Source: Sminthopsis crassicaudata
Lineage: Eukaryota
Reading direction: 5' to 3'
DNA length: 64,000 nt
Assembly (NCBI RefSeq): GCF_048593235.1
Contig: NC_133619.1
Coordinates: 640,500,558 to 640,564,557, forward strand
Shown: piece by piece, positions 54,421 to 64,000 of the stretch
How positions within the stretch are numbered: the stretch's first letter is position 1
Layout: each line of letters starts with the position of its first letter
Notes under the pieces: generated by a model
What the model saw: only the letters and a program-made list of their open reading frames with translations
Told to the model about the DNA's origin: nothing
Databases searched by the model: none
Made by a program: the position numbers and the translations under genes

Positions 54421-55703
54421 GGACAGACTATAGTGGGAATCAGCTTGAGACCGGCAAGCCCCCCTGGCAGCTGTTAACAGAAGTAGTCTAGATACAAGGT
54501 GATGAGGGTCTGCACCAGCAGGGAGCGTTAGGAGATGAGGAGGTGTATGTGAGAGATACTGCAGATCCCCAGGTTATTTGGGGGGATGGAGGGGGGAGGG
54601 AAAGTGAGAAGCCAGGATGACTCCAAGATCAGGAGCCCGAGGGTGGGAGGATGGCGTTGCCCTTCCCAGTAATAAGAGGTAGGGGTGAGGAGGGCTTGGG
54701 GGAAAGCCCAGTTCTGTTTTGGATATACAGAGTTTAAGATGGAAATTGTGGGTCAGCAGAAATTGGGGCAGGAAGGGTAGATTTAAGAATCCCTAACATA
54801 GAGAGGGGAATTAAATCCGAGAAGATGAAGAGATGGTGGAGGAGGGAGAAGGGAAAAGGCCATTCACAGAGAGCTCCATCTTCTCCCCTCCAGGCTGAGA
54901 AGGCTGGCTTTCTGGGGATGTGCCTAAAGTCTTCCCACCCTGTAGGGAAAGTTTTCCACAAATCCTCTCAATTCTAAAACTTTCCCTTTTAATCCCTCTT
55001 AATCTTTTTTCCCTCTTAATCCTATCTACTGCTAGCTTTGTTTGGACTTTTGTTTGCACAGCATCTCCCCCATTACACTAAGCTCCCCGAGGGCAGGCTT
55101 TGTCTCCCTCCTTTTTGCATCCCTTCAGGCTGAGCACTGGGGGTGCCCCTGGTTAGGCACTAGATGTTTATTGAGTTAAATTCAGCCTCTCTCCCACAGG
55201 AGACCTAGAACAGTACCAAGGTCAGCGGCTGTGACCTGGAAGTAAGGAGACTAGGGGGATGGGCTCATTTTGGGGAGAACCAGAAAGGAACCTCCAAAAG
55301 GAGAGAGTGATCCCTAATGTCAAGGGGGGCAGAGGTCAAGGAGAAGGAAGATGGAGAAAAGGCTGTTTGATTTGGCCCGGAGATCAGTGGGAAGAGGGCA
55401 GCATCAGTAGCATGATGGGTAGGGCCGAAAGCTGGATTGTGAGGGAAAACGGATCTGCTGAGCCCGCCTCAGTATAGCAGCAGAGGGCAGAAGGGTGGAT
55501 CTCTGGGAGACAGGATGGACTGGGATCATCTGGGCAGCAGAGGGGGGACCTTGCTAAGGAGTAAGGCACGGGACATGAGAGAGAAGGTGGAGCTCGTGGT
55601 GAGTGACCTCCATTTTATCTATGAGAGAGGGAGGGCAGGGGGGCCACAGGAAGTTTGAGAAGAGGTCTTCCAAGAGCTGAGAGACTGCTACATTGGGCAA
55701 TTA

Positions 55704-55706
<3 letters not shown>

Positions 55707-55777
<71 letters not shown>
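55707..55777. repeat. (TA)n microsatellite
   Basis: About 35 uninterrupted TA dinucleotides. Confidence 0.98.
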
Positions 55778-55778
<1 letters not shown>

Positions 55779-57335
55779 CCACTGAATAAGAGGACTAGGG
55801 CAAGTATTCAGTCTCATAAAAATCAAGGACCCAGGTACAAGCAAGGATGACTCTTTGGAAAGCCACCATGTTTAGGACTGGGGAAGTGATGGTCCCAGGG
55901 CATCGGGTATATTTACATTCAGTTTAAGAAGGATATCGATAAGCATATTAATGTCTGGCAGAGGGAAAACAAGGCAGCAATGGTCCTAAAGATCCTACCA
56001 GATGATCAAGCTGTACAAAAGTCACGAGACATCTTCATCAATCCCTTTTAGACTTGAACATGGTTCCCCTGGGCAGAACAGGGAGAAACCGGGTGGCAAT
56101 TGTGCCCAAGGTAAAGGAAAACTTTCCAATCTGGAAAGCTGGGGCTTCTCCACCCTTTGTGTCCTGGACCCCGAGGCAGTCTGGTGAGAATGGTAGGAGC
56201 CAGGTGTGAGGTGACCTAAGTATGGCGCCAGCTTGACATAAACACCAGAAGAGTCTTGAACTTGAACAGGGGATACCCTGGGAGATGGACTTGCCCCTGT
56301 GCCCTCCCTGGCAATTTGTCTTTCTTCTGTTTCTGCTGGAGATCTTAGTGCCCTGCTGCCGGCACCCAGGCTGAGTAAACTCGCTCAACTAACACAATAA
56401 AGCCCTAATAGCTCCATACACCAGCACTGCCCACCGCACTCCCAGTCCTCTTGGAGGGTCTACCCCCCCCCCAATTAGCAAAACCAGGGAAGGGCACTTC
56501 AACCCGTTTTCGGCTTGTCTGTAAAAGCCTACACATATATTCTCTTGAAATGTTACCAAAATATTTATTAAAAACGCAACAAATTCCTGGTCAAGATCCC
56601 CTGCTCCCCAAGATCACTCTGGGCTGGCGCCGTTGGGAATGAGCTCTCCCACGGAAAGACGGGTTTTATGTAGAGATCCGGGTACTTGGTCGCTTCGGTC
56701 CCCGACTTTGACAATCTAAAAGCCTGAAGCTGGCGATCTCTTAGTGGCCAGGGTATCTGTGGGGGTCGGGTGGCTTTTCAAGGTCGCCATCCTTGGAGAT
56801 GTTGCTCATTTCTTCCCTTTTCCAGTGGAAGACACAATCGTAATGGAGCCACCTTGATAGGATTCCCCCTCCCCAACTCACCACTGAGGTGGGGTGCGGG
56901 GAGATGGGATGAAAGGGGATAAAAGCGTAAAAAAAGGCAACTTCTGGTCCACAGCTCTTTCCACCTAGCGGATTCGCCCTACAATACACTGCAGATCTAA
57001 GAACAACAAATGAGGGGGAGGCAGTCCGCAGCTGAGAGCACCCCCGGCAGGCTGGATGCGTCCCCTGTCTCCCAACGCTGTCCCTCCGTGGGCTGCCGCT
57101 GGGTCTCCCCATCCCGGGGCCGGGCAGCCTCGTTTCCCCCAGTCCCATCTTCCTTCCCGGCCCTAGGTGCAGGCCGGCCCTCCGAACCCCACTCCCTCCC
57201 ACTTCCAAGCCCCAGACGTGCAGATCGCCCAGCCAGTGTCCCATCAGCCCCGGGATGCAAGCTCCTGGACCGTGCAGGCGTCCTCCTCCCGCAGCAAACT
57301 CCCGGCATTTCTGGCCCAGCAAAGAGGGGCAGCCT

Positions 57336-59371
57336 TTATTCGGGGTCGGGGCCCGGGCCCAGCACGGCCTCGGCGTCGGCCTGCAGCTCGTCGATGGCCG
57401 CCAGGAGCACGCCGTGGGCCGCGCGGTAGCCGAGGCCCCCGGTGGCCGCCGCTCCGCCCGCCGGCCACAGGAAGGAGAGCGCGCCCAGGGCCGCGCCCCC
57501 CGCGGTGCCCTCGCCGGCCCAGAGCCGCAAGCGCATCTCCACCTCGCCACGGGCCACTCCTCTCATGGCCAGGAGCGAGCGCTGGCGCGCCAACAGGGTC
57601 CCGGGCTCCAGGCCCATGGCGAGCTCCCGGCGCGCCACGGCGGCCGCCTCGAGCCCCATCGCGCGCCGATAGCCGGCCAGCTGACCCCGCAGCAGCGCCA
57701 CGTCGCACGCGTGGCCCAGTCCCGGGGCCGGGGACGCAGCGGCGGCCACGCTGGCCAGCAGCGCCGCGCGCCACGCTCCGGCCCGCAGCGCGTCCGCCTT
57801 GGCGCGCGCCTCCCGAACGGACGCGGGGGGCAGCGCCAGCAGCAGCGCGGTCGCCTGGGTGGGGGTCAGGGCTCGGCGCAGCGCCGCCGTCAGGCCCGGC
57901 AGGCCCCCAGGCCGCAGGGGGAAGACCGGCGGGGGGGCGTCCTCTGCCTCCTCGGCGCTCAGCACTTCCCAGTCCTCCCCATCCCCCCCACCCGACTTCG
58001 TGGGCTGCTCCCCAGCGCCGCTGCCCGCGGCCTTCCCGCCGCCACAGTTCTCTGCGTCCTCCCCACCCCCTCCGCCAGATTTCTCTTCGTCCTCTTCTGG
58101 CTCGGGGTCCTCGCCCTCGCCGTCAGTCCTCACGAAGAAGAGGGGCGTGTCGGGGCCCGCCAGCGCCCTCCCCCTGGCTACCTCGGCCGGCTCCGGGGCT
58201 CCCGGAACCACCAGCACCACGGCATCGTAATGAGCCGGCCCGGAGCCAGGGCCGGGGGCAGCGTCGGCCGGCAGGGCCCAGAGGACCACATTGGGCCTCT
58301 CGGGGGCAGGGTGGGGGGCCGGCTCGGGGCAGGAGGGAGTGGGTTCAGGGTCCTCCGCGAGAAGGGAGCCTATGACCGTGGGGGCTTCTGCCCCGGCCAC
58401 GCCCAGGTCCACCCGGGCGCTGCCCAGACGCTCGAGGCCCGAGCGCAGCCAGGTCATGGCGGCCTCCAGGCCGCCCGCCTCGAAAGCCTCGCGCACCGCC
58501 TCTAGCTCGGCCCCTCCTATGACCTCGAAGCCTTCCTGGGCAGGAGGCAGCAGCCTGCAAGGGAAGAGCATCGGCTAAGGATGGCGCGGGGGCCGCTGGG
58601 AAAGAACCCCCAATAGCCTGAGCCCTAGGTGGGGAATTTCCGGGCGCTTTCGGGGCCCCGTAACCTGCCCCCTCCCCTCGGCTATCACCCCCCTTAACCG
58701 CGGGTCGAGACTGTGTGATGGTCAGGAGTGGGGTCCTGAGGAGAGCCGCGGGAGAGGCAGGGAGCCCGCCCCGGAGACCCGCTGGGGCTCAGGAGAGGGA
58801 GGGGAGCGGGGTGGGGGCGTCTCACTCACCTCTCCAGCGCCGCCCCCCGGTCGCGCAGCGCCTCCCGGAGTCTGGTGAGGTCAGCGCCTCGGGGCCCGGG
58901 CCGGCTAAGCACGTAGAGCGGGGCCTCCCCGAGCCCGGCAGCGGCCAGCTGGGCGGCCGCCCGCACCCTTTCCTGCTCCAGGTCTTCAGGCTGCTCCGGG
59001 CTGCCGGGGTTGCCGCTCCCGGGGCCCCGGATCCACACGGCCAGCAGGGGTGCCCCCCGAGCCAGGGCTGCTCGCCCGGCTGCCCCCAGGCCTTCGGGCA
59101 GCGTCCCGTCCTCTTCCTCGTCTCCGCTCTGGCCGCGGGGCCCCCACACCAGCACCAGCACATCAGCCTCGGCGGCCCAGGGCTCGGGCGCTGCCGGGGG
59201 GCAGCTCAGCTCGCCCAGGAAGAGGCCGGGGCCGGCGGGGTAGAGCGCGGGGACGCGGGCGTCTTCGTGCCAAGCCTCCGGAGCCTCCCTGAGGGCGGCG
59301 ATGAGCTCCGACTTCCCCGAACCCGGGGGGCCAAGGAATAGGGCGGTCACGTCCCCCTTCGTGGCAGGCAT
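57336..59371 (-). CDS. IRGQ: Immunity-related GTPase family Q protein, about 586 aa
   Basis: Coding exons 59371-58830 and 58554-57336 (1761 nt). Reads MPATKGDVTALFLGPPGSGKS, AGPGLFLGELSCPPAAPEPWAAEA, LLPPAQEGFEVIGGAELEAVREAFEAGGLEAA, PPPVFPLRPGGLPGL, WAGEGTAGGAALGALSFLWPAGGAAATGGLGYRAAHGVLL. An acceptor at 59379 lies 8 nt before a gccaccATG. Non-coding exon 1 donor at 60226. Confidence 0.97.
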
Positions 59372-60329
59372 GGTGGCGTCTGCGGGGGGAGAGGCGGGAG
59401 GTCACGAGGCTTCCCCCCCCCCAGGACCCTGACCCCACTCCGCTAGCTTCCCAGAGACTTCCTATTCCAATCTTCAGCCTTCCATGGGGTCACTCAGCCC
59501 GGTGACTAGGGGGCCCAGCACTCAGCACCCACGTCCCCTTAAGCCCCCCCCATCCTTAGACTTTCTCCTGAATCCCCTCCTTTCTATGGCCCTCCCCTCC
59601 CCAGAACTCGGGAGATCCCCACAGGCCCTGGCACCCACGAGGGCTCAGAACTGTTTCCTTCACTCAGGCCGCACGGGCAGCACCCCGAGACCATCCCCGG
59701 GGCCGAAGCTCCCAGACTCCCCCCACCACCACGAGCCAAGCATCCCGCCTCGCTCCTGTTCGGGACCAAGGAACCTTCCTTCTCCCGCGACCACCCACAC
59801 GCACTCAGCCGCATCCGGGCGTCAGCCACCCAGAGCCATTGGCCCCAAGGTCAAAACCCTCCCCCATCCTCCTCTTCCGTCCTCGGGACCCCTGCATCCT
59901 GGTCCCCGTCCTCTGGAAATGGCCACCTAGTCCTCCCCCCGTCTGCCACTCAGGCATCCTACCCCCCCACCCCAAACCTAGCAACGCCCTGGGCGTGCTC
60001 CCCCTTCCCCTCCTGAAAACTGGAAGGACGTCTGTGTCCCCTCCCCACACCTGCAGTGACTCAGGCATCTGTCCCCTCCGGCACAACTGGAGATGACAAC
60101 AGGCGTCCCCTTCCCTGCGCCCCACAACCACCAGGCGTCCCGCTCCCCTCCCCGCACCGGACAAAGCCCCAGGCGTCCCGTCCCCCTCCCTCTCCCACAG
60201 CGGGAGTGCCAGGTTCGTTCCTCACCTGGCAAGGACTGCGGCTTACGCGCTAGTCACGCCGTCCTTCGGACTGGGGACCCGGACTCGCGGTAAATAAATA
60301 GCCGGCGTCCGGCGCAGTTCTGAGGGCGG

Positions 60330-60530
60330 TCAGCTCCCCGAGGTCCCGCCCCCCCCTTCGTAGGGCGGAGCTTAGGGACCAGAAGAAATCTAGGTGACGT
60401 CACGGCCCTTCAGTCATGACAATGACGTCACCGGAGGGGCCTCCCTAGGAAAGGCAGGAGTGGCGAACGCATCAGGTGACGCACGCCCAAACAAAGGCAG
60501 CAAAGACTCGGCGCCTGCGCAGACGCTCGA
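60330..60530 (-). promoter_or_regulatory. IRGQ promoter with two perfect CRE palindromes
   Basis: TGACGTCA at 60395-60402 and 60423-60430, a half-site TGACG at about 60477, GC boxes at about 60345-60367, and NRF1-like gcgcctgcgca at about 60511. Confidence 0.65.
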
Positions 60531-61270
60531 CCCGCCCCATCTGGCGGAAGGGGAAGGGGCGCGGAGGCGTCGGGAGCACGCCGAGGAGGGAGGGGAAAGA
60601 GCCGGGTCAGAGATCAAGGGGCGGAACCCCTGGAGATTGGATGGGCCCCAGCGACTCGTGGATGGAATCACGTGGGATCAAAAAACAAGTGATGTCATCG
60701 CAAGATCAAAGGTGACTGTCACGTGGGGTCGAAAGTTAAGAATAAACCTAGTGAAGGTCAAAGGTCAGTCTTTGAGGATGCTTGTATGTGCTGGAAAGGG
60801 TCCTAGTGCTGTGGGATGAAGGGGCAGGTGTAGACCTGGTCAGAGATGGTAAGAGTAAACAAAGGTCAGTGTCAAAGGTCAAGGCAAGAAAGAGAATCCA
60901 ATCCCTGCCGGGGTCCCTCCCTGCTCTGGGTCTGATATCATTCTCATTAAGCGTTCTTGGAATCAAACTGCGCCCATCCCCCCAAAAAAGAGAAAGTTGG
61001 TAGGATTTGGAGCAGGGGGAGCCCTGACCAAACTCTTGGGGCTCCCCCAGGCTCGGGCCCTTTGTCAGTGTGCCACAGCCCTCAGTGGCTCCTGGCATTG
61101 AATAAGGCCCGGGAATGCCCTTCGGTTTGTGGGCCTGGTGGTCCTCCTGTGCCCCAGGGCCAGCCTTGTGCCATCCGCCTCCCAGAAGGTGCTGGTGGGC
61201 GCTGGCTCAGAAGCTTAGGCCCTATTTGGTCCTCATTTCTGTGGAGCCCAGCTCCAGGCCCAGCGCTACA

Positions 61271-61650
61271 CCCGTCTCCGGCCCGGCTGCCCTCGTCCGG
61301 CCCGGCTGCCCTCGTCCGGCCCGGCTGCCCTCGTCCGGCCCGGCTGCCCTCGTCCGGCCCGGCTGCCCTTCTCCGGCCCGGCTGCCCTCGTCCGGCCCGG
61401 CTGCCCTTCTCCGGCCCGGCTGCCCTCGTCCGGCCCGGCTGCCCGTCTCCGGCCCGGCTGCCCGTCTCCGGCCCGGCTGCCCTCGTCCGGCCCGGCTGCC
61501 CTCGTCCGGCCCGGCTGCCCTCGTCCGGCCCGGCTGCCCTTCTCCGGCCTGGCTGCCCTTCTCCGGCCCGGCTGCCCGTCTCCGGCCCGGCTGCCCTTCT
61601 CCGGCCCGGCTGCCCGTCTCCGGCCCGGCTGCCCGTCTCCGGCCCTGCCT
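61271..61650. repeat. 19-bp CpG-rich minisatellite (about 19-20 copies)
   Basis: Unit ccggcccggctgccc followed by tcgt, ttct or gtct. Confidence 0.97.
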
Positions 61651-63304
61651 CTGAGGATCATTGGCTGAAATCCTAAGGACTTGAACCATGTGTGGATTTT
61701 CAAGGGCTTGGCTCACAGCAGCGCAGCAAGGCCGATTTGTGCCATTTTACAGTTGGGGAAGCTGAGGCGCGGAGCTCGGGGGCTTTCTCCAGAAGCACCG
61801 CAGATCCCACAGAGGGCCTGGGAGAGGGGAAAGCGTTGTGGGCTTGAGGAGCCAGCATCTGTGTAGGCGCCAGTCTGGGCTTGTGGGGGACCTCGGACCA
61901 AACTCACTAGTACCCTCTGTAAAATGGGGTGTGCTGTTTTCCATGAGTCGCCTCCCCCTACCTCTGACCTGCCCCCCTCAGCCCTGAGGTCAAGCCCTGG
62001 GAATCCTCCCCTGAAGTAGTCTCCAGGCTTTCCTCCACAGTCTCTGGGTCCAGCGTCACAGGCCAGCTTGCAAGGTCACTGCAGAGGGCAGCAGCACCGA
62101 GCTGGCTGCCCAGGGCCCCCAGCCTTAGTCCTGCCAGGCTCCCGGGAGACCTCTGGGCACCGGGCCAAGTCCAACGCTGCCGGATGGCCTGGCGGTCCGT
62201 CTGGTCCCCAGCCCAGATCCCGTTCTGGTCAGCACTGAGTGCAGCAAGAATCTCTCTGACATTTATGAAGCACTGTATTAGCCGTGCCCGCTGGAAGGGC
62301 CCGCCGCCAGCTCGGGAAGGGAGAGAAAGCCCAGGCCGCGTGGGGGGCAAAGCCGGGTTGTGCTGCTCGCAGCTCTGCGGCCCCTCCCCTCCCGGCCTCC
62401 TCTGAACCCCAGACTGCCTTGGTTTGAACTGCTTCAGTCCCTTCTCCTTTGGTCTGGAAGAGAGGAGAGGCCCACAGCTGGCCAGTGAAACCCCTTCAGT
62501 ACCAGGTTCTCGGCCATGTCTGACTCTGGCCCATGGGAGGCTTTCTGGGCAGACACTGCAGTGGTTTGCACTTCCTTCTCCAGATAAGGAGAGCCAGCAA
62601 GCTTGGTCAAGTGCCTGCTCAGGGTCCCACGGTTAAGTGTCTGAGTTGGCCCTGGACTCGGGTCTTCCCACCTCCAGACCCGGTGCTCTGTGCACTGCCC
62701 TTCGGTAAACAGCAGGGGTGTTTGGTCTCCATGGTTTGTCCGCTTTGTACTTCCAGTGCTTAAGCTCAGTGCCTGGCACACAGCAAGTGCCTAATAAATG
62801 CACCTTTGCAGCAGGGTGATGGAAACGCTCTGTAGACTTTTTAGAGATTTGTGGCAGGGAGAGGTGTTCTGGGCCAGATGCTCCCAAGGATGCTCCCAAG
62901 GAGCTAAGTCAGTGGGATGGAGAGACAATAGTTATCTGATTTAGCTCGGTCGGTGTGACTGATCTGACCCTACCAGGAGATGTTCTGGGCCTATAAGCGG
63001 GAGCCTCAGCCAGGAGTTAGTCGGGGAGGTTCAGAGGGCAGAGAAGGAGGCGGGAGCTCAAGCTCTCAGAACCAAGGACAGAAGAGGCCTCCGGAAAACT
63101 AGCCCGGCCCCAAGTGTGGGAGACAAAGGAGACGATGAAGGATTTGGACTTTAGCCCCTGCTGCTCATGGGGTGATCACTGAACTGAAAGGAAGGCTGCC
63201 CCAGAGATCCCCAGGAAACCAAACAGAGATTACAGTTTGGAGAGAGCATTACAGAGTCCTTCACGCGTGGGAGGCAGGGAGGCCCTTGGGGTGGACTTGG
63301 ACGT

Positions 63305-63378
63305 TCACTTGTTGAGAATGACGCCGAGGGGACTCCTGTCCACGTACAGGGTGGCCCAGATGTCGGCTTTAACCCCGG
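63305..63378 (-). other. Candidate terminal coding exon of an unidentified minus-strand gene
   Basis: Strong pyrimidine tract plus CAG acceptor (ccactcccccctccatccttccag). The phase-1 reading xGVKADIWATLYVDRSPLGVILNK* has mostly G/C third positions. No protein identity recognised and no canonical poly(A) signal found. Confidence 0.3.
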
Positions 63379-64000
63379 CTGGAAGGATGGAGGGGGGAGT
63401 GGCAGGTGCGCGCTCTCTGATGGATGACGAGGTGCGCAGAGGGACGGACCCTGTGGTCCGCCCTCATTTCTGAAGACCCACGGCCCCGGAGCCCTGCCTG
63501 ATTCCCACGGGTCAGCCCCAGCGGTGGGCCGAGCCACTGAGGGGATGGCGAGGGGCGGTCCTGGTGCCTCCATGTCCTTGGAATAACTTGTTCCCACCTG
63601 CTCGTTCCACCGGGGAGGTCGTTGGCGCAGACATCCCCACGCTTTCCAGCCCCCGGCCTGGCACCTGCCGCGGCTTCTTGGAGCCCCAGGCCGACACCAG
63701 CGGTGGATGAGCAGCCCCAGAAAGGGCCGGCGCCACACAGACCCTGGCCAGGGCGCCAGGCCTGCACTCAGGACACTCCCTCTGCTGCGTCCTAGCCGGG
63801 CGACCCTGCTCAAGTCCCTTCGCTCTGCCTCAGGTTCCTCATCTGTAAATGGAGCTGGAGGAGGGAGTGACAAGGCACTCCGGTATCTCTCCAAGAAAAT
63901 CCCTAACGGGCAGAGGTTCCTAACATGGCAGCCTTACGCCTGGCATGCCCAGGCTCTCTGTCCACTGGAATCCTATTTCCGGTGCCCCTTTGTCTCTACC

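Noticed and set aside
56741-58505. Overlapping ORFs of 269, 402 and 416 aa
   Set aside because: Antisense and alternative-frame shadows of the very GC-rich IRGQ exon.
60957-61716. ORFs of 239, 179, 164 and 145 aa
   Set aside because: Translations of the 19-bp minisatellite.
61958-62350. 130-aa minus-strand ORF with an internal acceptor-like site near 62293 (RARLIQCFINVREILAALS..., or in another phase GTANTVLHKCQRDSCCTQC*)
   Set aside because: No recognisable homology, weak codon bias and no partner exons identified; not supportable without transcript data.

Overview
Eukaryotic, GC-rich, intron-containing mammalian DNA. It is not prokaryotic, and most ORFs in the supplied track are shadow or repeat ORFs. 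Abundant MIR/L2 remnants and a WSINE1-like SINE suggest a marsupial, possibly a dasyurid (inference). The block is syntenic with human 19q13.31. Gene order: 3' part of a TEX101/CD177-like Ly6/uPAR (LU) gene (+), a second complete two-LU-domain GPI-anchored gene (-) with no counterpart that I know of at this position in human, LYPD3 (-), PHLDB3 (-), ETHE1 (-), ZNF575 (+), XRCC1 (-), PINLYP (+), IRGQ (-). All eight complete genes and the partial first gene were assembled exon by exon from GT-AG sites with consistent phases. The most interesting observations are: (1) the extra CD177/TEX101/LYPD4-clade gene; (2) several long tandem repeats whose units each carry a transcription-factor-like motif (C/EBP-ATF-type sites in a 99-bp ETHE1 VNTR, Sp1+E2F-like sites in a trimeric array, ZNF143/THAP11 motifs, RUNX/GATA motifs); (3) a 2-kb G-skewed VNTR in XRCC1 intron 1; (4) a candidate terminal exon of an unidentified gene near the right edge. 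Orthology calls rest on remembered human protein sequences; no database search was run.
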